From: Eledone cirrhosa
Lineage: Eukaryota
Length of the DNA stretch: 64,000 bases
Assembly (NCBI GenBank): GCA_964016885.1
Contig: OZ024743.1
Span: 239,320,001-239,384,000, forward strand
Direction of reading: 5' to 3'
Made by a program: the position numbers and the translations under genes. The notes under the pieces are model-generated. The model ran no database searches, was not told where the DNA came from, and worked only from the letters and a program-made list of their open reading frames with translations. This document shows, in pieces, positions 1-12,324 of this stretch. Each line of letters opens with the position of its first letter. Within the stretch, counting starts at the first letter, position 1.

Positions 1-390
1 GATTAGCTTTGTCAAATTTCATTTGAAAAGGAAAATCAGGGTAGAGAGGGAGGTGCTCTCTTCCCAGCATTTTGTTGAAAGATGTGTGAGAGAAGCAAGT
101 ATGCCCCGAGTGAATGGGCCTACTCTGAGTATGTGTCTGTAAATTAAAGGTGGAAAACTGGGAGAGGGCACTTGCCCTGGTGGTCACGGTAAGTGTGGCT
201 TTTAATGGGCTTTCTCCGCAAATGTCCCTCGGAAGTCTCCTCCCTATTGGGGAATTTTTTAAATTGTTATTTTTTTTTGTTACATCCTCTGTTTTTTTAC
301 ACGCAGAAATGCCCATTTGAACCCTCCTGTATTGTCCTGTACTGTCCTTAATGTCTACTTTATGTAAACCCTTGTGGTTAATGAAGAAAG
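1..390 (+). mobile_element. 3' end (ORF2 C-terminus and 3'UTR) of a Tx1/L1-type LINE
   Basis: 1-140 aligns by eye with 45700-45820, the end of the Tx1 ORF2. Ends in gtggttaatgaagaaa plus an (ATT)n tail, like gtggctaataaagaaa at 46021. Confidence 0.7.
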
Positions 391-415
391 TATTATTATT
401 ATTATTATTATTATT

Positions 416-2329
416 ACAGCTGCATTTATCTTGCTTTATGTTCATACCAGTTATCACCAAGTCACAACCAGTGACCTCAAGAGACAGGACGTTCCGCCAT
501 GTTCAAGAAAGAACATACATACTCACACATGCATCTTTAGGAGTTTAGACTTGTGATGTACTTATATTGACAGAATCTTCCTTAGTATATGGGCAGTTCC
601 CATTAGTACTATCTTTTGTATTTCTCCTATACCCGGGTTTCCTGGGATTTGCGATAAGTAATCATTAGACCCCTTAGGTATCATTCCTAGAGCGCCTACA
701 ACCACTGGTATTGTTTTAGTTCTCAATTTCCACACTTTTCCAATTTCTATCTCCAGGTCCTTATACTTGCTCAATTTTTCAAATGTTTTTATAGATACAT
801 TCTTGTCTATTTGGAACGGACATATCAATTAGCAGGCATAGCCTCTTTTTAAAGTCCTTCAGTATTATATCAGGTCTATTTGCATCTATTTTTCGGTCTG
901 TTTGGATGCTAAAGTTCCACAAGATTGAGATGTGATCTTTTTCAAGTATGGGAGGTGGTTGATGCTCCCACCAATTCTTTTGATGGGGCAGGTCAAAGTG
1001 CTTACACATTATCCAATGTATGTATTGTGCAGCTTTGTCATGCCTGTTTAGGTATTCGGTTGGAGCTATAGGACTGCACATTGAAATTATATGGTCAATG
1101 GTCTCTGGTTGTTTTTTGCATACACGGCATAATGGGCTGCATCCATTTTTTATTATGTTGGCTTGGTAATTTTTTGTTGGCAGACACTGATCTTGTGCTG
1201 ATATAATCAGTCCTTCAGTCTCCGATTTCAGTCCAGAGGATGCCAACCACTGATGGGTTAAAGTTTTGTCAACATCAGGATTGTTAGCTCGCTGTGGGTA
1301 TTTTCCATACAGAGGCTTTTCTTGCCATTTCTTAGCCAGTTTCTGTAGCAGTTCTTTCTTTGGAGTTACTTTTACCTGCTTTGCTTTTTCTGTGTTTTCC
1401 CTTTCAGCAGTAAATGGGACTTCTGAAATTTGTAGACCATTACTGTATCTTTGTGCATCTTTTGTAATGGAATATGATCTTTTGATGCTTTCGTGTTTCA
1501 AAACGAGTTTGATCATCCAATCATGTGATTCCCTTAGATATGTAGATAATCCAATTGTTGCAGTTTTCAACGCAATGTCTAACTGGACTAACCCACGTCC
1601 TCCTTCTTTCCTAGGGAGATATATTCTATCTATATCTGCCTTAGGGTGATGCATTCTGTTCATGGTTAAGAATTTTCGAATTTTTGTATCGAGCCTACGG
1701 ATCTCTGTGCTTGACCAGTTGATGACATTGTAACTGTAGGTTACTACTGGTATGGCAAGCGAGTTTATGGCATCGATCCTATTCCTTGCATTCAATTCCG
1801 TTCTTAAGATTGCTCTTACTCTGCGGTAACATTCCTTCCTTATCCTTTCCCTCATTGTCGAGTGCTTGATTCCGTCTCCTTCACAAACACCTAGATATTT
1901 GTAAGTTTTTTCTTGATGAAGTTCTCTCATCACGTTCCCCCGATCAAGATTAATTTCTGAACTCTTCAGCAGCTTTCTTCTGGTGAACGTTGCTTTGGCG
2001 CATTTATCTAGTCCAAACTCCATTTTAATGTCATCACTGAACTGCTCCACAGTGGATAATACCCCTTGCAATTGTTCATCATTTTTTGCAAATAGTTTCA
2101 GGTCATCCATGTAGAACAGGTGATTAATGGTTTTGTCATAGACTTTATATCCATGTTTTGTTTCATTGAGCATTTTACTTAATGGTATAAGTGCGATGCA
2201 GAATAAAAGCGGTGATAAAGAGTCACCCTGAAAAATTCCACAATTAATATTAACTTCTCCAGCTTCCAGTGATTTTGTTTCACTATTCAAAAGGAGTGTC
2301 GTTTTCCATGTCTTCATATTGAATGACAA

Positions 2330-2330
<1 letters not shown>
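416..2330 (-). mobile_element. 5'-truncated Dong/R4-clade non-LTR retrotransposon (RT + CCHC + restriction-like endonuclease), family A
   Basis: ORF 779-2329 has GIFQGDSLSP, LFYMDDLKLF, YKYLG, CRVC..ETIDHIISMC..YLNRHD and RPDI. The frameshifted ORF 562-828 ends KYKDL...IPVVVGALG. Flanked by (TAA)n at ~390-415 and ~2328-2385. Confidence 0.92.
562..2329 (-). pseudogene. RT-REL endonuclease ORF of Dong/R4 element (one frameshift near 820)
   Basis: Overlapping ORFs 779-2329 and 562-828 together give a continuous RT/zinc-knuckle/PD-(D/E)xK protein. Confidence 0.88.
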
Positions 2331-2385
<55 letters not shown>

Positions 2386-2386
<1 letters not shown>

Positions 2387-2577
2387 GGGCAGTGGATTGG
2401 CTGTATCGGTAGAGGGTCCGACGTCATGCTTTGAAGCATTGAGTTACTTACCTTTATGATCTGAGTTCAAATCCCGCCAAGGTTAACTTTGCCTTTCATC
2501 CTTGCGGGGTCGATAAAATAAAGTACCAGTAATGTACTGGAAATTGCTGGCCTTGTGCCAAATGTAGAAACAATTAT
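2386..2577 (+). mobile_element. tRNA-derived SINE
   Basis: A-box-like tggctgtatcggtagag, B-box gagttcaaatcc, conserved body gcctttcatccttgcggggtcgataaaataaagtaccag. Multiple copies in the window. Confidence 0.85.
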
Positions 2578-2584
2578 TTTTGCT

Positions 2585-2797
2585 GGTTTGGCAGTATCGG
2601 TAGAGCGTCAGACACCATCCTTTGCGGAATAGAGCTATGGCCCTTTACGTTCTGAGTTCAAATCCCACAGAGGTTAACTTTGCCCTTCATCCTTACGAGG
2701 TTGATAAAATAAAGTACCAGTCATGCACTGGGATCCATTGAATCGACTTTCCTCTCCCCCAAAATTGCTGGCCTTGTGCCTATATAAGAAACCATTC
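2585..2797 (+). mobile_element. tRNA-derived SINE (second tandem copy)
   Basis: Same A/B boxes and body as 2386-2577. Confidence 0.85.
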
Positions 2798-2859
2798 TTA
2801 TTATCTTTGTTGTTCAGTCTTTCAAGACATGTGTACACATCGCTCTGTAAGTTTTGTTA

Positions 2860-4590
2860 ATTTTTCACATATTTACATAACATTCATTGTTATAAGTTTA
2901 TCACCAACTGTCAATACGGCGCTATACATTGTCCTCTGAAAAGGAGGCCCCTTCATAGTATTTGAGTCATTGTCACTTGCCAGCGACTCAAATGTCGACA
3001 GTAATGTCACCACTGTTACTACAGACAAGGCCACCATATACAATAACATCATCAACAACGACAGCAACAACGGCAAAAACAAAAACAGCAGAAGCAACAA
3101 TGACAACGACAACAACAACAGTTACTACAACAGCAGCAACGACGATACAAAAAATACAACAGCAGCAGCAGCAACAGCGGCAATGACAAAAACAACACTA
3201 GCAGCAACAACAACAACACCATCAACGACAACGACGACAACACCAACAGCAGCAGCAACAACAACACCATCAACAACAACGACGACAACACCAACAGCAG
3301 CAGCAACAACAACACCATCAACGACAACGACGACAACACCAACAGCAGCAGCAACAACAACACCATCAACGACAACGACGACAACACCAACAGCAGCAGC
3401 AACAACAACACCAACAACGACAACGACAACAACACCAACAGCAGCAACAACAACAACGGCAGCAGCAACGGCAACACTATCAACTATAGGAAAACTAAGG
3501 GCAAACACAAATACTGCAGCAACAACAAAGGCAACAACAACAGCAGCAATAACATTAAAAACAACAAAATATCATTCGTAGCTACGGCTGCGAAAACAAT
3601 AGAACTGTTCGACATGGACTTGGGTAGGGGTTGGCAGCAACTGAGAGAAAACTTCTCATATATAGATGTATTGGCGTTATGTCGAAAAAGCCGGAGCTGG
3701 CCGCACCATTCCAGGTGGAGGCTGCTCTGAAGGGCTTAATGTCAGATATTCAACACTTGGAAATAGTCAAGCAGTTTGGGAGCATCTCGGTGCTCAGCAA
3801 TAGCAAGATCCTTGCAAAAAAGTACTGCGTGGTTCCTTGCAAAATAGACCAATATATTTTCTTCCCCTCTTACATAGAAGGAAGGACACCGAAGATTTGC
3901 ATTTCTAAGATATTGCTAGAAATGGATATCTGGTGGATCCTAACATGAATAGGTCTAGAGGGAAGCGAAGCACTCCTCGAGGTAAAAAGGATCTGAAGAG
4001 AGAACTAGCCTGGAATCAGTTTGGAGAAACTTCTTCAGTTCAAATTAGACAAGCTTGAAAAGATCCAGACCTAATACGCCTTCCTAGTGTGGAACGAAGT
4101 GTCATAGTTGAGAGTAAAAATCCCTGCTGTCATATTTTGCAGAAAATCCGGTTATATGAAATATTTTAGCCCTCAACAAAAGGCATAAACAAATACCGGA
4201 ACATCAAAAACAACAGCAGAAATTGTGGTACCAACAATGCCAGCAGCAGCAGCAAAAACACCGATAACAGCAGCACCAGACACAAACAAAACCGCCCAGG
4301 GTGTCCGTCAGAAAAGCCCCCCCCCCTCCTTCTTTCTCTGTCTCATCTAAACACAAGAACACACATAAATACCTATACAAACACAAACTTACTCCCAGTA
4401 ACATCCGAAACGGATTCTACAAACACACGGATCTCCTCATCTCGAAGTGAAGTTGAAGGGGAATCCACAAAACCAAAATTACAAAAGCGAAGAAGTAAAA
4501 CAAGAAAAAAAAAACTGGTAGAAAGAGACGGCCTTATTTTAAACATCAACACCCTTAACGAAACGATCCAAAACACGACACGTCAGACTG
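2860..4590 (+). mobile_element. Decayed Tx1-type LINE ORF1 region with Asn/Thr low-complexity N-terminus
   Basis: PKICISKILLEMDIWWIL (~3890-3945) matches KIKIQSIIPNIDIWWVL in the Tx1 ORF1 split by the Gypsy insertion. Degenerate zinc knuckle near 4120-4160. Confidence 0.6.
3207..3450 (+). repeat. 48-bp minisatellite, ~5 copies (encodes TTTPSTTTTTTPTAAA)
   Basis: acaacaacaccatcaacgacaacgacgacaacaccaacagcagcagca repeated in tandem. Confidence 0.9.
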
Positions 4591-6290
4591 TAATGTATCG
4601 TACTATCTGGCTAATGACTAGAAAACTAGAGAGAAGCACAGAGACTCTAATTCAGAAGGCTTTGGATTCCGTATGGGATCAAAACACTTTCATCTTAAGA
4701 GTCAGGGTTTTTGGCAGGGTGGAGGTGAGGTTTGCTACGGAGGAAGAAGCAAGATCTCATTCCATGAAGAATCTACAGAGTGACGAGATGCTGCTCGCCC
4801 CATTCAGCAAATGAAGGAGACTAGTAAGGATGAGAATTTCGCAAATACCACCGGAAATAGCCATTCATTGTCCAATAGCAGCACTCACGGTACGCATTGA
4901 ACATTCGAAATTCTTCGAGGACTAATAAAGAAATTTGGTCGGGAATGGGAATTGAAATCCTTATGTAAACGACGCAAAAGAATGTAGATGCCATCCACGA
5001 GCAAATACATATTCCAGGCGGTATAATTTTACCAGTCCAAGTAGAAGGGAAGAAAGCCAGTTGTATGTCCACAAACTACATGAGAGCGTTCTGCCCTCCA
5101 CTAAAAGCAAAAGAGAAAAAAATCACCTACAGACACCAAGAAAAGAAACATCAGCATCAACACCAGTAGCAGCAACAAAATCAAATGAACAGCAACACCA
5201 ACACCAACAGAACCAACACCGCCAGCAACAACCATCGAGATCATGCCACTCTCCGGCATCACACAGTCAGGCTTACATTCTGTCGGGACCAAGGATTGGC
5301 AAATAATCAGCCTTTAACAGAAAAAAGAGAAAAAACTCCTCACCTTTGCCTTCAAAAAGAGGGCGAAAGAGACAAAAAAAGTTTCAAATCAGAAAGGCAA
5401 AGAAATTTACACCTACATTACCACCACAAGCACCTGCAACACAAGCGCCTACACCACCAACGTCACTACTATCAACACTACGACAATCACCACGTACACT
5501 AACAACATACCAAATAGAACCTAACCCACAACCGCAAAAACAAAAACAAAAATACAATCATTACACTTTATACAGCAATAAATGCTAACAACAAAAAACT
5601 AACGAACTACTTACAACACAACACTGCAATTAGCCCCAAAGACTTAGTTACATCCTCCAAAATCACACAACACACATATAAATCATACAGACACATACGC
5701 ACATAAAAACAAAATTCCACGATTCAATTGGAGACTTCCAAGAGCCACACTCCTAAAGAATCTATACTGACATATCGACACAAGAACCTATCGGAAGGAC
5801 GGAACAACCGTCTTTCCCACCCCCCACCCTCCAAAAAAAATCTGAGGTAAGCCGCCACAACCACCTCTCCTTCTCTTAATCAACCATGGCCTCACTCAAG
5901 CTAGGCAGTGTGAATGCAAGTGGCCTGGAGTCGTCTTGGAAGAAGGCCACCTGCTCAATGACCGTAGGTCACTGGACATTAACCCGACCAGGGTTTCGGA
6001 CGCACGAACCATCACACCAATTTCCGGTGTCTAAGAGATGTACGCACCTCTGATCCGTCCGGAATCTGAAGGCGAAGTTGCGGTCTTGTTCCAGGAATCC
6101 CTGGGTCTCGCAATATGGAGCATCTTCCAGGACCCGGAGGGTAAGTCGGTGGTTACTGGACATGACCACCAATGAAGAGCACACCGTCAGGCTTGTTGCC
6201 GTTTATGTTCCGACTGGGCAAGACGAACTAATTTTTTCCGATGCCTTGTGGACTATCTCTCTGTTGACCACTGGCCGCTGGTCCATGTCC
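4590..6290 (+). mobile_element. Second decayed Tx1-type LINE piece: ORF1 remnant plus start of ORF2 APE endonuclease
   Basis: VFGRVEVRFATEEEA and VQVEGKKASC in ORF1-like frames. ATG at 5886 gives MASLKLGSVNASGLE (APE N-terminus), then VRLVAVYVP. Confidence 0.6.
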
Positions 6291-6399
6291 TTTGAGGCAT
6301 TTTCACCAATTGCTTTGACAGCATTTAGCTATTCTAACGGCTGTTCTAGCGATGAGCTTTCTCATATATATATATATATGTATAAATATATATATATGT

Positions 6400-6768
6400 A
6401 TGTGAATGTATGTATAGTATATTTGGCAATATACCATATGTTTAATTAAAAACATTTTGAAGATCATAAGCTATCGGTTTTAAAGTAGTGACTTTGTCAC
6501 TTACTTCTTTTCGGCGAAAGAAGGGAGAGAAGCTATCAGTCTGTTTCACGCTGTTTGGCGATCATCAGAGCCACGCAACCTCTAATTCCTCCGAAAATTA
6601 TAGAAGGTGGATTCTTATAATATTCCAGTAATAATCAGGAGCTGATTATCCAGAGCGATTGGCGGTGCAGCAACAATTAGGTATTAGGATTGGTGCTCTG
6701 AAATAGCGTTGTATACATGAATGTATGTATAGTATATTTGGCAATATACCGTATGTTTAATTAAAATC

Positions 6769-6770
<2 letters not shown>
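6400..6770 (-). mobile_element. Short ORF-less element with ~45-bp terminal direct repeats and a degenerate hammerhead (6532-6571)
   Basis: gtatagtatatttggcaatataccrtatgtttaattaaaa at ~6410 and ~6727, also at ~7490 and inverted at ~8836. Minus strand reads gct CTGATGA tcgccaaacagcgt GAAA cagactg AT agc. Confidence 0.55.
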
Positions 6771-6856
<86 letters not shown>

Positions 6857-7127
6857 TAGCGAGAATCGTATTTCGGCTATTGGAAATTAGTGAAAAACAA
6901 CTTCCGAGATGTGTGGCAAGCGCTCAATAGATTCTAATGAACCAGAGCTACAACATAAGATAAAAGGCCAAACACACTGAGACGATGATTAAACCATTAT
7001 CCGCACATCCATAGAAGGACCAAGTAATTCGGATCAAACAAATAAAAAAAATATGATAGAAAAATTTACCCGGATCCCTGGATGGTTGGTAAATATCCAG
7101 CATTTGGGTTTCTGCGACTCCTAAATC

Positions 7128-7186
<59 letters not shown>

Positions 7187-7262
7187 CGAAGGAAAAGTGG
7201 TAAGGAACCAGGTGGACCATAATTCACCAAAGTACTCAATACTTAGGGTAGTAGAGTGGGTA

Positions 7263-7375
7263 ATAGGAGTAAGTAAGACCACGACGGCTGAGCTCAAGCC
7301 GTTTCGACGGCTAATTCTGAATTCAGAATTAACCGTCGAAACGGCTTGAGCTCAGCCGTCGGGGTCTTACTTACT

Positions 7376-7380
<5 letters not shown>
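7263..7380. repeat. 118-bp near-perfect palindrome made of two 3' halves of a hammerhead-bearing Penelope pLTR end
   Basis: Axis 7321/7322. Each arm reads GAAA cggcttgagctcagccg TC g(g/t)ggtcttacttactcc, matching 61504-61543. Confidence 0.85.
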
Positions 7381-7461
<81 letters not shown>

Positions 7462-7550
7462 GTATATATATATATATGTATGTATCTATAGTATATTTGG
7501 CAATATACCGTATGTTTAATTAAAAACACACACATATATATATATATATA

Positions 7551-8818
7551 TAAATCAATAATAATGAGTTCAAATCTCAGGCAATCTTTTACAATGAAAT
7601 AGCTCAAAGAAAGAATATTTCTGAGCCGTGTAATACAGGTTAATATAAATTAATATATTTGATAAACACAAATACCAACATATTCATGTTTGTATTGTAA
7701 ATGACCAAGTTAGCTAGATTGAAATATACTAATAATAATATTACAGTTTGCCTATCTTGACTTAAGATAATAAATCAACAAAAACAAATTGTATTGGCAA
7801 TGGCCGTGGTGCTTGGACAAATTTAAATATCAAAATCAAACCTGTTCCGTAGACAGGTTTATACCCTAAAATCCAAATATGTTTCGAATAATGAAAAAGT
7901 GGAAGAAATACCGCATTTTGATCTCCTCAGCAAGCACTATAACAATTGGTATGTTCCACTTCAAAATATTTAGAAAGACTGTTTAGCGCACGAGGTAATT
8001 TCACGCGGTTATCCAGGGTCTAGCTAGTCTCATACTCGTGCTGCTAGAAATAACAGCCGTTTGTATGGGGCTAAATTCAGCTCAACGAAGGAGCAGTGAT
8101 AAATCAATAATAATGAGTTCAAATCTCAGGCAGTCTTTTACAATGAAATAGCTCAAAGAAGAGTATTTCTGAGCCGTGTAATACAGGTTAATATAAATTA
8201 ATATATTTGATAAACACAAATACCAACATATTCATGTTTGTATCGTAAATGACCAAGTTAGCTAGATTGAAATATACTAATAATAATATTACAGTTTGCC
8301 TGTCTTGACTTAAGATAATAAATCAACAAAAACAAATTGTATTGGCAATGGCCGTGGTGCTTGGACAAATTTAAATTTCAAAATCAAACCTGGTCCTTCG
8401 TTGAGCTGAATTTAGCCCCATACAAACGGCTGTTATTTCTAGCAGCACGAGTATGAGACTAGCTAGACACTGGATAACCGCGTGAAATTATCTCGTGCGC
8501 TAAACAGTCTTTCTAAATATTTTGAAGTGGAACATACCAATTTTTATAGTGCTTGCTGAGGAGATCAAAATGCGGTATTTTCTTCCACTTTTTCATTATT
8601 CGAAACATATTTGGATTTTAGGGTTTAAACGGAACAGGTTTGATTTTGAAATTTAAATTTGTCCAAGCACCACGGCCATTGCCAATACAATTTGTTTTTG
8701 TTGATTTATTATCTTAAGTCAAGGTAGGCAAACTGTAATATTATTATTAGTATATTTCAATCTAGCTAACTTGGTCATTTACAATACAAACATGAATATG
8801 GTGGTATTTGTGTTTATC
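7551..8818. mobile_element. Non-coding element: ~549-bp unit in ~1.5 tandem copies followed by an inverted copy, in (TA)n
   Basis: 7551-7840 repeats at 8100-8390. 8395-8818 is the reverse complement of ~7660-8093. HHR-like CTGAGGA...GAAAC at 8556-8606. Related to 58490-59455. Confidence 0.75.
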
Positions 8819-9194
8819 ATATATATATATATATGTTTTTAATTAAACATACTGTATATTGTCAAATATTCTATACAGACATTCATGTCTACAACGCTGC
8901 TGGGCACACAGGCATAAGGACTTGTGTTTTTTACCTGCCAGCGACATATCAAACATATCGATTTTCATCTGAGGAGACCGTTCTCATAATCAACAGCAAA
9001 TGCATGAATGACTTCTCCATTGCATGGAAAACCGTGGAAATAATTATAATGATTAAACGATATATGTAACCTCAGCATCGTATTGTGTTATATATATATA
9101 TATTATTGTGTTATATATATATATATATTTATTAAAATAACAGATTCAAGTTTAAGCAAATAATCGCTGCTTTCACCCTTAACGGGATCTTATT

Positions 9195-9372
9195 GGCAGT
9201 ATCGGTAGAGGGTTGGACGCCATGCTTTGTAGCATAGTTACGTCCCTTTACAGGCTGAGTTCAAATCCCGCCGAGGTTAACTTTGCCTTTCATCCTTACG
9301 GGGTCGATAAAATAAAGTACCAGTAATGTACTGGGTATTTGCTGGTCTTGTGCCAAAAGTAGAAACAATTAT
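9195..9372 (+). mobile_element. tRNA-derived SINE
   Basis: Same family as 2386 (B-box gagttcaaatcc, conserved body), (ATT)n tail. Confidence 0.85.
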
Positions 9373-9886
9373 TATTATTATTATAATATATATATATATA
9401 TAAATATATACATACATTTGTACGTGTGTGTGAGTGAGTGTGTGTGTTTATATATGTATGCATGTATGTATATATTATAGAAGTTAGGAAAAACAAACAA
9501 AAAACAACAAAACAACGGGAAATTTCCGTTTATTAGCTACTCTTAACAGGTGGCTACCTTTTTTGTTGATGAGAGTTGACAACCTATAATTGGTATTCCA
9601 CATTTGCAATATGCTTAACATAAGCCAGTTGCTGTACGGAAATGATTTTTGATACCGAATTAGAATTTTTCACACTGGAGTTCCACTTGTGTATTCTCAG
9701 GATCTTCATAAGATACTTCTTAATGCACAGGTGAAATTCCAATGCAACAAGATTCTAACTTAGCCTTAATAAAGAAAATATAAGTCTCTACTATGGTATT
9801 CAAACATATTCGCGACCGTTAATAGTAAGCATATATATATATACGTATATAGTGTATATTATACATGTGTGTATGCATATATATAT

Positions 9887-10003
<117 letters not shown>

Positions 10004-10029
10004 ATGTAGAAAGGTAGCACACGATTTGA

Positions 10030-11280
10030 TGTATATAAAAAACAAATAGTAGAAAGGAAAAAGATATTTTCTGTAGACAATGTTGAAGAGATATTTTTGG
10101 TGAAATTTCAAAGTATTAATTTATTTACAATACCGGTATCAGCATTAAATGCATTTTCAATTGCGGATATGCAGAATATTGTTAAGTTGCATATTTGTAC
10201 AAATAGAGAAAAATAATGATAATAACCCCCCCAAAAAGAGAACAAATATATATAGAGAGGGGAAAAAAAGTTAATTTTCACATACGTTGTCCTTCAGAGA
10301 AGAAAGTCATTTTGTCTGTCCATCCTTCTCTACTAATGAGTTTGTTGTGACTAGAGATGCAAGAAGCAGGAGGGGAGAGGAGAAGAAGAAGGATGGGAAG
10401 GGGGTAGGGGATGGTTGTAGTGGTTGCAGACTGCTATGTGGGACCCTTTGAATAGTGGATACAAGGTTTGGCTGGGATGGTTTGAAAGGCTGGGTGACCT
10501 TAGAGTTGACCGGGGGAGGGGGGGATTGCTTCTAAAAATATCTATCTTTGTATTTTTTCTTAGAAGCAATCAACATTGACCTTGTCTTTTTGCCACAAAG
10601 AAGATTTAGAGTTATTGAAATATTAATTCCATCCCTAGCAGGAATTTTAGATTTAGGGGGATGGAGAAAATGTTGCTACAAAGAGGGGCTTAGAGCCACT
10701 GGAATACCCATTCTATCTTCAGCAGAAGCTTCCAGATTCAGGGGAATGTGAAGCATTTAGTTTGGCACCTGAGTGTTTCCATTTATCCGATTACCTTCAT
10801 GGAGGTCTTCCAGGACTTGCTGATGTGGGTGTTACTATGTAGTTGTCAGAGATTGTTGGAATCTTGGAGAAGGATACATTGCTAAAGGGTTAATTTGTCT
10901 AGGGTGTTGATTTTTAAGTGTGCTAGCTTTGGTTTAGTTCGGAGTGGAAGCATTTAGAAGGAGTTCGTATATGGTGATAAATTGTGATTCCTTGCTAAAG
11001 CGTTGGGTGTAGGAAGCGTTCTCTTTGAATTTGTAGATGGGAAAAATTCTTAAAATTGGGTTGTTCATTAGATGCGCAGGTCGCGATGTGTTCACTTAGT
11101 GCTATCCTTCTATATTCCCGTATTTTGATTTGGGATCTATGGGCGGTCATACGTTGTCAGAGGCTCTTTTGGTCTGTCCAACGTAGAGCTCTCGACAACC
11201 TGACTAGGTCAACACATAGATCAGGTTTTCTGATGCACATGTGAAATTGCACTTAACTGTAAAGTGGTGTCCTTGTTTGA
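10030..11280 (-). mobile_element. Penelope-like element fragment (Neptune-type GIY-YIG plus 3' pLTR)
   Basis: Minus strand reads NFTCASENLIYVLT*SGCRELYVGQTKR...HRSQI. Degenerate HHR at 10127-10164 (gcaa TTGAAAA tgcatttaatgct GATA ccgg TA ttgt). Confidence 0.65.
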
Positions 11281-11339
11281 AATGGAACTGAGTCCCCCCC
11301 CCCCCTCTCTCTCGTTTACTCTCTCTCTATCTCTCTCGC

Positions 11340-11376
<37 letters not shown>

Positions 11377-11489
11377 ATATATATATATATATATATATAG
11401 ATAGATTATATATATACTTACGCATATATGTGTGTACATTTCCTATTTTCTTATCTTTTGCAAAATAGTGCTTTGATAAATGATCAATA

Positions 11490-11605
11490 AAATGTGCCAG
11501 GCTTGGAAGAATCCGCATTGTAGTCTATATAATTGACTAAATCCCTCCAAGGTGGTGTTCCAGTACGTCTGCAGCCTGACACTAGTAAATGACTAAAAAA
11601 AAAAT
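11490..11605 (+). mobile_element. Degenerate SINE 3' tail
   Basis: gactaaatccctccaaggtggtgttccagtacgtctgcagcctgacactagtaaa followed by an A-rich tail. Confidence 0.45.
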
Positions 11606-11974
11606 AAAAAAAATATCGAAAAGAAAAGTTACAAACAAATGCAAGATAACATGTAGTTATACATTTTAATATTATTTAGTAATAGTGAGATATACATTAT
11701 ATAATTATACCTAGGGTATCCTGAGTAATTAATTGATTGGAGAATTTTTTCTATATATCTCTATTGCTAACACTAAAAATGCGTTAGAGGAAAACATCTT
11801 TGTAAAAGAATTTAATATATTATTTTCTTTGAGAATTCAATTACGACGTACATATATCAAGTTGCTCTAGAATAAAATTGATATCTCGGCAATATTGTGT
11901 CTCTCTGGCCGGTCAACTCTATTGTAATATATTTTCTTAATTATGTCTTAAACTGACATAAGGTAATAACAATT

Positions 11975-12310
11975 TATAACACTGACACAAAGCCAGCAAC
12001 TTGGGGGAAGGGGAAGGTCGATTATATCGAAGGCAGTACGTAACTGGTACTTTATTTTAGCAATCTCGGAAGGATGAAAGACAAAGTTGACCTCGGTGGG
12101 ATTTGAACGTAATGGGTCTTAACTAAATACTAAAAAGTATTTTGTAGTATAAACTGTCTGCCAATCCACGCCCACAATAATAATAATTGTTTCTACACTG
12201 GGCACAAGGGTAGCATTTTGAAGGAAAATGGAAAAATACTATTAAATCCACCTCAGTACTTTACTGCTACTTTGTTTCATCGGCCCACGGAGACATGATG
12301 AGATTTGAAA
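11975..12310 (-). mobile_element. Two degenerate SINE copies (minus strand)
   Basis: Reverse complement of the SINE body (ggtactttatttt...ggatgaaagacaaagttgacctcggtgggatttgaac) and tail (cacaaagccagcaac, ggcacaagggtagca). Confidence 0.7.
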
Positions 12311-12324
12311 TATAAATAAAAAAT

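Noticed and set aside
2386-2480. tRNA gene (A/B boxes)
   Set aside because: No cloverleaf; it is the head of a multi-copy SINE.
3052-3508. Leu/Val-rich minus-strand ORFs resembling membrane proteins (also 35722-36369)
   Set aside because: Antisense translations of (CAA)n-type repeats.
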